Source: an uncultured bacterium
Lineage (GTDB): Bacteria > Hydrothermota > UBA3073 > NMUJ01 > CBEVQO01
Assembly: GCA_965552055.1 (NCBI GenBank)
Contig: CBEVQO010000002.1
Span: forward strand, 32,001 to 96,000
Direction of reading: 5' to 3'
DNA: 64,000 nt
Every line of letters begins with the position of its first letter. Position 1 is the first letter of the stretch. A model generated the notes under the pieces. It was given only the letters and a program-made list of their open reading frames with translations, was not told where the DNA came from and did not search any database. This document shows positions 21,036 through 30,805 of this stretch, in pieces. Position numbers and translations under genes: made by a program.

Positions 21036-21799
21036 ATCACACCTCCTAATTCAATCACTGATTTATTTAATTCAATTATTTTTATGTCAATGTCAATTAA
21101 ATTTTTCTCAGGTATGGTGTTGAATATCACATTTTTGTATCTGCGAATCACACTGTTTGATTTTAAAATTTGATATTCCAGCGAATAAACACCGCACATG
21201 CCTGAATCTCGTGGAATATGTCCACCTGGTGCAACCCTGAAGTCCTTACAGCAAACAGTTATGTCAACTTTTCCGGATAAATCGTTGGGATTAAGCATGC
21301 TATCCGTTCCTTGCCTCCAGAATCTTATACTGCCTTCCGCAATCACAGGCGGAGTAGAATCAACAAAACCATCCAAACCACCTTTACGCAATGGATTACG
21401 CAAACCCCGAAGCTCCTCAAAGTGGAGGTGGTTATAAGCATCAATTTGACCAATAGTGTCGTTTGCTGAAATGAACATACCTTCTTCTAACGAAAAAGTG
21501 TCAATTCCGATTACCACACTTTTGATGTGAGCATAAGTAAATTTTCCTATTGAATAATACCTTTCCCCTCGTTTTGTTACTATCCCGCTATCAACTGCTA
21601 TAACAATTTCTCCTGAATCAGCATCAATATCGATACCTCTATGAAATCTAACATAAGGCGGATTAGAACCTCTCATGCCTCGAGGTTCTCCTAATGTCGA
21701 GTTAATCTTGCGTACCGTGTCTGCAGGAAAAGGCCATTTATACCCAGAAACTTCTAAAGAAACAAAACAGAGCATAATTATAATTTTTCTTTTGCTCAT
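21029..21799 (-). CDS. Truncated secreted M23 peptidase cassette B
   Basis: Signal peptide, WP...INSTLGEPR, HRGID, YAH, HLH; last ~20 codons read through the next unit's promoter. Confidence 0.8.
   Translation of the reverse strand: MSKRKIIIMLCFVSLEVSGYKWPFPADTVRKINSTLGEPRGMRGSNPPYVRFHRGIDIDADSGEIVIAVDSGIVTKRGERYYSIGKFTYAHIKSVVIGIDTFSLEEGMFISANDTIGQIDAYNHLHFEELRGLRNPLRKGGLDGFVDSTPPVIAEGSIRFWRQGTDSMLNPNDLSGKVDITVCCKDFRVAPGGHIPRDSGMCGVYSLEYQILKSNSVIRRYKNVIFNTIPEKNLIDIDIKIIELNKSVIELGGVIC
21031..21090 (-). repeat. Cassette promoter/leader repeat, copy 3 (diverged)
   Basis: TTGACA-N15-TAAATA...GTGATTGAATTAGGAGGTG; -35 box starts 55 nt before the ATG, as in copies 1 and 2. Confidence 0.8.
21259..21430. 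repeat. Direct repeat shared by M23 cassettes B and A (matches 23123-23294)
   Basis: About 98 bp identical (21259-21356 vs 23123-23220), then high similarity through the HLHFEE codons. Confidence 0.9.
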
Positions 21800-22941
21800 T
21801 TTCCCTCCTCTCTATGAATTGAAATTATCGAATATTTTCTTTTTTCTAAATTCAAAATCATAAATTTATTAGAAGATATCGGCATTAGTCGAATGCAAGA
21901 GGGAATTATCTCATACGAAAAAAGTATTTTTTTATCAAAGTTTAGAATATGAAAGTATCTTTTTGGACTCCCAAAAGAATATCCAACAAAGATTATATCG
22001 TTCCCTACTCCTTGCATGCTTTTAATTGCATACGAAAATCGTCTTTTTTTAACATAATGAGCACCTTTTATTATTTTACTTGTATATATTAAATTGTGTT
22101 TTTCTAAATCTATCAAATAAAATTCACCCGTCATAAATGCCAATGTTAAAATTTTTATATTGTCATTAAAATAGAAATAAACCCTACCTTTTCCTCCTTT
22201 TAATTTTAAATCACTTGCAATATTGCCTAACATATCAAGAAAAATTATTTTTTGCCCTTCTCTAGACGCAGATGAAATACACACAATGCATATTTCTTCT
22301 TCCAATACCTTCACCCCCGTGATTAGACAGTTTATTTTTTTATTCCATTTTAAATTTTTATTTTCAAAAAATTTTATTCGCCCACTTAGTGTAGTCACAA
22401 CAAAATATTTACCATCTGAGGAAAAACTGATATCTCTCCACGAATTTTTTGTGGGGGGCTCTTTATCTATTTCAACTTTATTACTCTCAAGAATAAATAA
22501 AGGCTCTTCAAACATGGGTAATCCCACTGCATACTCACCGTTTGGCGCTAAATAAATATCCATGTCTTCTGGATGTGGATCAATTGTTACACTCCATAAT
22601 TCGTTACCATTAATATCAAAAACTTTGAAAATGCCAGCCATATTTAAATATCCCTTGGGTTTAGCCCAAATTTCGTGTACCCCTATGTATTTGCGATTAT
22701 CAGACAGTCTAACTTTATGATACTTCTTCTCAAATTTGTATTCTTTTATCTCCTTCCCTTTTACATCTAACCATACAATTTTATCTTTACCGATAAGCAC
22801 TCTTAAATTGCCAAATGAATCCACTATTGCATCTTGCACATCAAAATCAAATTCCCTTTCCCATACTACCTTCAACTCGCCCATATCCCTTATCTTGAAT
22901 TCTGCGGCTCCTAAACTTATTAGCAGGATAACACTTAACAT
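21796..22941 (-). CDS. Exported beta-propeller-like protein B (candidate immunity/inhibitor)
   Basis: MLSVILLISLGAAEF N-terminus; FDINGNELWS, LAPNGEYAVG, ISFSSDGKYF blades. Confidence 0.8.
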   Translation of the reverse strand: MLSVILLISLGAAEFKIRDMGELKVVWEREFDFDVQDAIVDSFGNLRVLIGKDKIVWLDVKGKEIKEYKFEKKYHKVRLSDNRKYIGVHEIWAKPKGYLNMAGIFKVFDINGNELWSVTIDPHPEDMDIYLAPNGEYAVGLPMFEEPLFILESNKVEIDKEPPTKNSWRDISFSSDGKYFVVTTLSGRIKFFENKNLKWNKKINCLITGVKVLEEEICIVCISSASREGQKIIFLDMLGNIASDLKLKGGKGRVYFYFNDNIKILTLAFMTGEFYLIDLEKHNLIYTSKIIKGAHYVKKRRFSYAIKSMQGVGNDIIFVGYSFGSPKRYFHILNFDKKILFSYEIIPSCIRLMPISSNKFMILNLEKRKYSIISIHREEGK

Positions 22942-22996
22942 GGTGCACCTCCTAATCCAATCATTAAATTATTTAATTCAATTACCAGAGTGTCAA
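22844..22996 (-). repeat. Cassette promoter + leader + first ~33 codons, copy 2 (matches 24729-24881)
   Basis: 153-bp near-identical direct repeat at offset 1885. Confidence 0.92.
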
Positions 22997-23681
22997 CAAA
23001 AAGATTTATTTCATCAGTGAATATTAATCTAAATTCATACCTCCATATCCAATAAATGTACCATATCCAAGAAGGATCATTGTCGATAATTACAGGTATT
23101 TCCACGGTATCTGCGTTATTCCTTATGTCAACTTTTCCGGATAAATCGTTGGGATTAAGCATGCTATCCGTTCCTTGCCTCCAGAATCTTATACTGCCTT
23201 CCGCAATCACAGGCGGAGTATTATCAACAAAATCGTCTAACCCACCATCACGCAAAGGATTACGCAAACCTCGAAGCTCCTCAAAGTGGAGGTGAGGATG
23301 CTTAAGGCTGGCGATTTTTCCGATGGTATCACCTATGCTGACATATTTTCCTATCCAAATCATCGTATCCATCGTATCAATATGCACATAAGAGAAATCA
23401 CCTATTCTTACACGATACTGTTCAACCCATACTCCATTTTCCCATCGAGAAATATCAATGATAGTGTCAACTATGTTATTACTCACAGAAATTACAGGTG
23501 TCCCTTTTGTAGCATTTATATCAACACCCTGATGAAAGCGGTAATAGGGCGGATTCGGAGGCCTTGGTTCACCGAGAGTGGAGTTTATCTGACAAACACT
23601 ATCTCCGGGAGGTATTGGCCATGGATAGCCAAGAAGTATAAAAGGAAACATTAACACGATGTATAGAAGATAATGCTTCAT
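22935..23681 (-). CDS. Truncated, internally deleted secreted M23 peptidase cassette A
   Basis: Signal peptide, HQGVD, YVH, HLH; 48 bp (23079-23126) identical to 19276-19323 of the full gene; tail reads through the next promoter. Confidence 0.8.
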   Translation of the reverse strand: MKHYLLYIVLMFPFILLGYPWPIPPGDSVCQINSTLGEPRPPNPPYYRFHQGVDINATKGTPVISVSNNIVDTIIDISRWENGVWVEQYRVRIGDFSYVHIDTMDTMIWIGKYVSIGDTIGKIASLKHPHLHFEELRGLRNPLRDGGLDDFVDNTPPVIAEGSIRFWRQGTDSMLNPNDLSGKVDIRNNADTVEIPVIIDNDPSWIWYIYWIWRYEFRLIFTDEINLFVDTLVIELNNLMIGLGGAPC

Positions 23682-24826
23682 TTGCCCTCCTTTTTTAAAG
23701 GTACTCCCAGAAGAAATATTCTATCAAAAGGTTTTTCCCTCGATTTTATTTTTTCACGCCAACTTTTTGCTGTTCTTCGCGGGAATCCGTAAACTTTATT
23801 CTCGATCCAAATAATTTTACCAACATTTTCTGGGAAACAATATTTTTGTATAATTTTATTTCGATAATCCAAGTATTTTATTCCTCTTCCTCCTATAATA
23901 ATAAACTTTTTTATTTTTGGAGAGAACTTTATCTTTGTGCCTCGTTTGGAGGATTGCTCCCATACGAGTTCACCTGAAAACATATTATATAAAAACAACA
24001 TTGGAGAATTGCCTGTCCAATTTACACATAATATTGATTCACTTTCATCTATTGCAAAATCTGCGCTTCCTAGCCAAAGTTTCCTTTCCCATAATAAATT
24101 CCCATCAGCGTCAAATACTCTTAATATATCTCCTCCTCTGCCCACTATGTAATCTTTAAATACTTTACCTTCCTCTATTCCCGGTCTTTTTCGCCAAATT
24201 TCCTTACCTTCGCTATCATATTTTAATAACCAACCGCCTAGCGAAATGATACAGTAATCCCCTTCTTCAGTAAAATCTAAAAACACATACTCCGTTTTAT
24301 AAGAAGGTAAATCCTTATAGGGATGCAATTTTTTTACAATCCCTTTAGACGACAAAATCCATATAGCAGAGGGCGCAAAAGCACCAGGCAATCCTACTGC
24401 CCATTTACCATTTGGAGACGGGATTATCTTCCACGGTGGTTCCTCTAAATAAACATCTTCCTGTATATCTCTTTCTAAATGCAGTGACCACAATAAATTT
24501 CCTTCAGTGTCTATTAAATCAAACCAACCTTCATAAACATATTCTCCGGATTCATCGCTTCGAGTACGATAAAGTCCAATGAACTTTTTATTTTTAGTTA
24601 TTTGTGTTGCTCCTTCGAATTTCTTTATCACTTTACCTGACTTGTCATAAAATCTTACTTCACCTCTCCCAACAGCAAGTTTTTTGTTACCCTTTTCATC
24701 GGTTATTATCTCATAAAGATAATTGGGGAAATCAAATTCCCTTTCCCATACTACCTTCAACTCGCCCATATCCTTTACTTTGAATTCTGCGGCTCCTAAA
24801 CTTATTAGCAGGATAATACTTAACAT
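23678..24826 (-). CDS. Exported beta-propeller-like protein A (candidate immunity/inhibitor)
   Basis: Almost the same first 33 aa as protein B, then divergent PQQ-like blades (DTEGNLLWS, DSEGKEIWR, DADGNLLWE). Confidence 0.8.
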   Translation of the reverse strand: MLSIILLISLGAAEFKVKDMGELKVVWEREFDFPNYLYEIITDEKGNKKLAVGRGEVRFYDKSGKVIKKFEGATQITKNKKFIGLYRTRSDESGEYVYEGWFDLIDTEGNLLWSLHLERDIQEDVYLEEPPWKIIPSPNGKWAVGLPGAFAPSAIWILSSKGIVKKLHPYKDLPSYKTEYVFLDFTEEGDYCIISLGGWLLKYDSEGKEIWRKRPGIEEGKVFKDYIVGRGGDILRVFDADGNLLWERKLWLGSADFAIDESESILCVNWTGNSPMLFLYNMFSGELVWEQSSKRGTKIKFSPKIKKFIIIGGRGIKYLDYRNKIIQKYCFPENVGKIIWIENKVYGFPRRTAKSWREKIKSREKPFDRIFLLGVPLKKEGK

Positions 24827-24881
24827 GGTACACCTCCTAATCCAATCACTAAATTATTTAATTCAATTACCAGAGTGTCAA
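24729..24881 (-). repeat. Cassette promoter + leader + first ~33 codons, copy 1
   Basis: Near-identical to 22844-22996. Confidence 0.92.
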
Positions 24882-24887
24882 GAAAAA

Positions 24888-27158
24888 TTAAATTGTCAAA
24901 TCTACTCTCAAATCTGCTCTTAGTTCGAGTGTTTTATAAACTGGGCGGGAAGATTTTGCGTATCTACCCTTTAAATTCAAATTTATCCTCTTAATCTTCG
25001 ATGTAATCTTTATCTGGGTCTCTTCCAGTGTTCGCCGTAAGCCTCCCGTTGAGTAACAGTAAGAATGCGATAACTCAAAGTTAACTCCTTTGAAATTTGC
25101 CTTTATACCTGGCATAATCTTTAAATTATACCATATTGCCACTTTATCTTTCTGCAACAAAAAAGGGTCCTGTCCTTCTGTTCTGTCAAAACTGAAAATC
25201 GCCTGTGTGCTTATAAAATCTGTAATTTTTCTCCTCACTTCAAAATTTATACCATGGGATTTTGTCTTCGTTGGTAAAGAATCCGGCAACTGCCAGAAAT
25301 ATCCAACATAGTCATAATATGACCGTAATGTCAGAAATTCACCTCTATAAACAACTCCTGATTTTACCTCAAATTTCCTCTCTACCTTATATAACTCAAC
25401 CGTATCCCCGGGTATCCCAGACGCTACTGCAAATCTAAACAAACCCTGTTTCCTCAAAGAATCCACCTGTAACTCAAATCCCCACCTTTCACCAAAACCA
25501 TAATTGAAAAGAATTTGCCTCTGTATAACATAATTATCATAAAGTTTGCGATTGGGATTTAATTCATCAAATCTCAATGCCCTTTGATTGAAATGCAGAA
25601 AGGATAATTTTGAGTCTTTGAAAGGACTTAAATTTACAAAAATCCTCAATCCAGATAAATCTTTAACTCTGTTTCCAGCGGATATTGTATAGGAAAATGT
25701 AGGTATTACCTGTAGAGATATTATCCTGTGCGGTTTTACAGATGTTATCCATCTGTTTGTGAACTCCTCTGAACCGCCATACAATGTCTGTGTCTTTGCC
25801 GTGTGATTTCCATCCACCTTTATCCAACTTGCAGGTAAAATTTTGTATTGAAGTGAAAAACTAATCTGGCGTTTTTCTGATTGAAGTAAACTTCCTGTCA
25901 GACGCAATTTCCAGAAAGAAAGATTGAGAAAAGCACTTGCACTGTAAACATCATATAAAATATCGTGCCTGTAAGAGAAATCAAAATTAAAGAGTTTGAG
26001 ATTCAGTGAAAATCCCGCATTGTAAACCGTTTGTGAGCGAACACTATCCCTTATTAGCCATTTTCTACCTATACCTGCAGAAACTTCATAAAATTTGTGA
26101 GAAAATGAAAAATTTGCAGAATGCTCTTTTTCTTCCTGATAGATTGAATCCGAACTTTGTTTAATCCATATATTTTTCTGCGATATTTTAATCTTTTTGA
26201 AGTCAAAATCCTCTGATAAAGTTTGCTGATAGATATTTATATCCTCTTTTTCTTCTTTTGACCATTTATGTGAAATTGTTAAGAAATTGAAGAAAAGGAA
26301 TTGCGTTGATAGTTCAAGTTTTCTTGAATTGGGGAATATCCCCGTGCCTATAGGTGAAAAGCCAGATTCTACTTTTTGATAACTGCCTGATAATTTGAAT
26401 TTCCAGAAATTTATTTTTGTCATCGTATTGTATGCTCTGGCTGATTCTGATTGTGCGATGGAGGAATTGAGATTTAGAGGTTTAAAATTAAAGCCAATGT
26501 CTATGCCAGCAACTCTTTTCCCCTTTAATGTATCTTTTTCTTCTGCAACAGCATCTGCTATTTTGATAAATTTGTATTGAGTTTCAAGCATTAGACCTTG
26601 CAATCTGTTTCCCGCTACCGGCTGATACTCGTATTCTACTTCGATTAATTCATCTTCTGTGATTATCCTTTGAAATGTAATCCATCCTCTTTCGTAATTA
26701 ATAGTATAATCTTTGTCACGCTCTAATTTTTTCAGATTAAGTCCTTTGCCAACTCGCACTTTTTCGGAATTGTAAACCACATTTTGATGCCGTAATTCAT
26801 AAGGACCCACAGAATTTTTACCCCATATTCTTTCAAAAGCGGGAATGCCCTTTGATATTGATTTTATCACTTTCGCTGAAAATTTGCCGTCTTTTCGATA
26901 AAATTCACCAGTTGCTATTATCCCCATTATTGATTTTGATGAAAGGACAAGTGGAATTAAACTTGCTTCACAATCCCCCAATTCTGCTTTGAGATTTTGC
27001 TTTTGAACTTAGAGATAATAGCGATTGAGATAAGGGAAGGCAGATTGCTGACTTACATTTCCCTCTATTTTTATCCCATGAAGCTGTCCATCGATTGTTA
27101 GAAAAAGTGCATCATAGCGTACACTGTGAGGGAAAAATTCGGATTTATATCCCTGAAC
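24888..27158 (-). pseudogene. Large outer-membrane beta-barrel protein (SprA-like motif), 5'-truncated with an in-frame stop
   Basis: 697-aa ORF with DYTINYERGWITF...IEVEYEY and many amphipathic strands; frame continues upstream past a TAA at 27009-27011 (LFLTIDGQLHGIKIEGNV) up to the neighbouring gene end; no signal peptide. Confidence 0.6.
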
Positions 27159-27159
27159 C

Positions 27160-28413
27160 TTAAAATACTTTTCCTTTTATTAACATACACACATTTTCGT
27201 TCACTACAAAGCATTCTCTACGATTAGAATAAACTATATCTTCAATGACACTATAAGAAGGATGTCCATAGAAATTATTTAATCCTACTGAAATAACCCA
27301 AAATTTGCTATTCTGAGCATCTTTCATTATTTCCTTATTCCAATTTTGCTTTGCTCCATGATGTGGAACTTGTGTAATTAGTATGCTTTTAAAGTATTTT
27401 TTATAATGCCGCTTCAATGTATCGTATTTAAAATTAAGGTCTGCATCTCCTGTTAAAAATTGCCCGAAATTATTCACCGTAAATAAAAATTCTTTGATTT
27501 GATAAAAGTATAAATGAGGAAATATATAAGGGTATAAAAGAATATTTTCCTTATGTTTGCCTATAGGGCCATGATATAAAATTAATGAAGTATTATTAAA
27601 TTTTCTTAAGTCCTTCTTCAATAGTTCGTAACACTCTTTAAGTTTTTTCCTTTCTTTTTTTACTCTGATCGCCTTTTTTATACTTTTTGTATCTTCTGTG
27701 ACAAGACCCGATTTTTCTAAACAATTTTTCAATTCGTTTATTGTAGGCAGTGAAATTTTATAATTAAAAAATCTAAATAACCAAAAACCTAATGCAACAG
27801 CATAACCTATATGGTTTTTAATAATTAATTTTTCACCTATATATTTTTCCCAATCTCTGTCATATTGCAAAATGCTCTTTTTTAATTTCTCGTCATCTTT
27901 AAGTTCTCCGACATCAAATTTTTCTTCCGGAGGGAAAGGCCCAACTTCTTCAGGAACATCTTCTTCATATCCTTCGTCTCCTCCCAAAATTATAACTTTT
28001 CTGACTCCTCTTTCAAGTAAGTATCTTACTGGATCAGCAAGAAATTCATAATACCATGATGGCATATTTATTTTTCTAAATGCAATTAACAATCTTTCTA
28101 TTGGCGAAAAGTAAGGGAGTATGACTTCCATAATTTCAAAATTGTTAAATAACTCCTCTAACCCATTCACATGGTCTGAATGCAAATGAGAGATGATTAA
28201 TAAATTTATTTTATCACCATAAGCATCTTGTTTAAATCTGCGAATCGCAGTCGTTAACGCTTGAATATTCTTTGAACCACAGTCATATACAAATCTAAAA
28301 ATAGTTCCCAAAGCCCGTATTTCTCCAGAGTAAAATAATCCCTGACCTACATTGTGATACATAAACATAGTTTCTACTGAATTCATTTGCTTAGTCATTT
28401 TCTCTAAATACAA
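27160..28413 (-). CDS. Stand-alone ComEC/Rec2-like MBL-fold metallohydrolase
   Basis: NVGQG, YDCG, SHLHSDHVNG, TGD, VPHHG, YGHP motifs; exact start uncertain. Confidence 0.85.
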   Translation of the reverse strand: MYLEKMTKQMNSVETMFMYHNVGQGLFYSGEIRALGTIFRFVYDCGSKNIQALTTAIRRFKQDAYGDKINLLIISHLHSDHVNGLEELFNNFEIMEVILPYFSPIERLLIAFRKINMPSWYYEFLADPVRYLLERGVRKVIILGGDEGYEEDVPEEVGPFPPEEKFDVGELKDDEKLKKSILQYDRDWEKYIGEKLIIKNHIGYAVALGFWLFRFFNYKISLPTINELKNCLEKSGLVTEDTKSIKKAIRVKKERKKLKECYELLKKDLRKFNNTSLILYHGPIGKHKENILLYPYIFPHLYFYQIKEFLFTVNNFGQFLTGDADLNFKYDTLKRHYKKYFKSILITQVPHHGAKQNWNKEIMKDAQNSKFWVISVGLNNFYGHPSYSVIEDIVYSNRRECFVVNENVCMLIKGKVF

Positions 28414-28490
28414 ATTTTATTATTCCACTCTCTATTCGCTTTCCTTTATCTCGAGTTTCCCTTGTTTTGTTATAACACATTGTTCGCATA

Positions 28491-29819
28491 TTAGCCAAGC
28501 ATTAAATGTGCTATTCCGAGAAAAATACCCGTTCCTATTATATCTGCCAAAGTTGTTATAAGAGGGGTACTCGCTGCTGCGGGGTCTTTCTTAAGTTTTA
28601 CAAAAATAAAAGGCAGCAAAACTCCAATGATGGATCCAACTATAACATTTATTATCATTGCCAAAACTACAACCTGAGCAATCAAAATGCTTCTTCCTCG
28701 TATAATCCCCATAACGGAGATTCCAATTCCCATTGCAACTCCTAACGCCCCGGCAACAAGTAACTCTCTGCCTAAAAGATAAGCCCAATCACTTATCTTT
28801 ACTGTTCCGAGTGCCAGAGCCCTTATCACAAGAGTAGCGGATTGAGAGCCTGCGTTTCCTGCTGTGTCTATCAAAACAGGGAGAAATGTCACAAGCACCA
28901 CATATTTCGCGATTGTGTCTTCAAAACCTTGAATGATACCCCCTGTAATAAGGTCCATTATTAAGAGTGCCAAAAGCCATATAATCCTTGCCCGGAATAT
29001 TTTCCTTAACGGAACTTCCTTTAATCTGGTAATAAAATCCAGCCCAATATGTTTTGTTTCAATTGCTGAAAATTTAGTAAAATCCTCGGTTTGTTCTTCG
29101 CGCAGTGCATCGATTATGTCATCAACAGTTACTATTCCTAATAAATGTCCTTCCGAATCTGTAACGGGAATAGCAACAAGGTCATATTTCTCAAAGAGTT
29201 TTATAGCTTCTTCTTGATCTGAATCTGCAGTTATAGAAACAAATTGACGATTAGCCAAAATTAATCTTCGTATAGGCATATCATCTAAAAGCCGCCATTC
29301 ATCATCAACTCCATATACTATATCAATTGTTTCCGCATCTTTCCCAAATTTACGAATATGCTCTATTGCCTTTTTAACTGTCCAATCAGCTTTAAGGGCG
29401 ATATAATCCGGAGTCATTAATCTACCAACACTACCTTCTGGATACCCAAGAAGCTGGAGCGCCATCTTCCTTTCTTCTGAAGAAAGTAGATTTATAAGCC
29501 TTCTTGTAAGTTCAGGAGGCATTTCTTCAAATAATTCAGTTCTGTCATCAGGTTCCATTTCTGTAATAATTGACTTAACATGATTATCTGTAAGACTTTT
29601 GAGAATCCCTTCCTGTATATCACTATCAAGATAGGAAAAAACTTCCGTTTGTAGTTTTTGAGGAAGAAGTCTTAAAATAATTGCACAATCTTTGACATCA
29701 ATTTCTCTAAACAAATCCGCTATATCAGCGGCGTGCCATGTCGATATAACATCCTTTAACACTCTCCAGCGTTTGTTTTTAATTAGTTCTTCGACTTCCG
29801 GCTGAAGTAAATGTACCAT
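28491..29819 (-). CDS. mgtE: Magnesium transporter MgtE
   Basis: MgtE N-domain, CBS pair, GNAGSQ, DPAAAS.P.ITT..D motifs. Confidence 0.95.
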   Translation of the reverse strand: MVHLLQPEVEELIKNKRWRVLKDVISTWHAADIADLFREIDVKDCAIILRLLPQKLQTEVFSYLDSDIQEGILKSLTDNHVKSIITEMEPDDRTELFEEMPPELTRRLINLLSSEERKMALQLLGYPEGSVGRLMTPDYIALKADWTVKKAIEHIRKFGKDAETIDIVYGVDDEWRLLDDMPIRRLILANRQFVSITADSDQEEAIKLFEKYDLVAIPVTDSEGHLLGIVTVDDIIDALREEQTEDFTKFSAIETKHIGLDFITRLKEVPLRKIFRARIIWLLALLIMDLITGGIIQGFEDTIAKYVVLVTFLPVLIDTAGNAGSQSATLVIRALALGTVKISDWAYLLGRELLVAGALGVAMGIGISVMGIIRGRSILIAQVVVLAMIINVIVGSIIGVLLPFIFVKLKKDPAAASTPLITTLADIIGTGIFLGIAHLMLG

Positions 29820-29972
29820 CGAGTTTAAGATTTTTTATCTCTTTTCACAACTTCACCCCCTTATGAACAACCTCATTCAAACTTCCATTATTTTTGTTTT
29901 TACTCATTTTTGCTTCTTTAAAAACATTGAGCGTATTTTTTAGCATTATAACAAACAACATAACCACTTTTT

Positions 29973-29999
29973 ATTTTAAACGCAATATAAGTTTGTCAA
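29973..29999 (-). promoter_or_regulatory. Promoter upstream of mgtE
   Basis: TTGACA-N15-TAAAAT. Confidence 0.65.
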
Positions 30000-30033
30000 G
30001 TATTTAAATCCGTCTTGAGCGTCAAATCGTTTA

Positions 30034-30060
30034 TTGACATTTTGGTTATGTGGATAAATT
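30034..30060 (+). promoter_or_regulatory. Promoter pointing into repeat copy B
   Basis: TTGACA-N15-TAAATT; no credible ORF downstream. Confidence 0.5.
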
Positions 30061-30144
30061 AAAATGTGCTTTACATAACTTAATAGATGGCTCCACACTT
30101 ATTGAAGTTCCAGAATTTCGAGTTACACTCGGTGGAAATGTATT

Positions 30145-30789
30145 TGAGGTTGGGTTGTAGGTCGACACCGCGAGAGGTTAGAGCGGGACTGCACTTTAGG
30201 GGCATGTTTGCGGTTAGTTTGCTGATGGGAGTTATAAAAGCGGAATAGGTCGGGAGAAGCTACAATTTTAGAAGTTGCGAGGATATTTGGGAGGTTGAAA
30301 GGTTGTGTCGAGGAAGCGTTAAGAGTTGCGAACTTGCTTTTAAATTTTTTAACTCTTATATTAAAATTTTTAATGCGAGCGTAAGCGAGCATATTACATA
30401 TGGGTTTTTTGTCACACCCCGAGCGGTTAGAGCGGAACCACATTTTGAAAGGTGTTTTGGGCTTTTTGGCTGATGAGGTTTTGAAAGCGAAATGCAGTAA
30501 GGTGGTGATTGCGTTTTAGGTGGGAATTGGGGAATTTTAAGGGCGATGGGTAAGGAAGTGGATGAAGGTTTTGTGGTGCGATACCACACTTATTATGGGC
30601 AAAGCGTTTTAGAAAGCCACATCGGTGTCAAGGCTGTGCCGAGCGGGATACACTGCGTTTTGATAGGCGATATAGGACGGTTGACTTGACTTATTACGGA
30701 TAAAGCGTTTCAAGTAGCCACAGCGTGTCGGGACTGTGTCCCGCGAGGGGTGTGCACATGGGAAGGCGGGGACTGGGAGGCGGGGCTAA
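30145..30789 (+). repeat. Mosaic intergenic repeat, copy B (core 30361-30789 plus extra upstream modules)
   Basis: Core matches 33890-34318 with about 17 mismatches in 429 bp by eye; upstream modules resemble parts of copies D and E. Confidence 0.92.
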
Positions 30790-30805
30790 TAATTATAAAT
30801 AAAAA

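Noticed and set aside
5416..27011. Stop-codon reassignment to explain in-frame stops at 5416, 5656, 18178 and 27009
   Set aside because: TAA, TGA and TAG all end conserved housekeeping genes at expected lengths; interruptions are confined to accessory genes.
28465..28492. Integron attC remnant (minus strand TGCGAAC...GTTATAA after the mgtE stop; also ACCCAAC near 5103)
   Set aside because: Only short box-like words, no paired arms and no integrase; could be chance.
29180..29860. mgtE anomalies: an upstream RBS + GTG one base out of frame at an A run, and an apparently short first CBS segment
   Set aside because: The gene is open from ATG 29819 with all key motifs; without an alignment these cannot be told apart from normal variation or consensus error.
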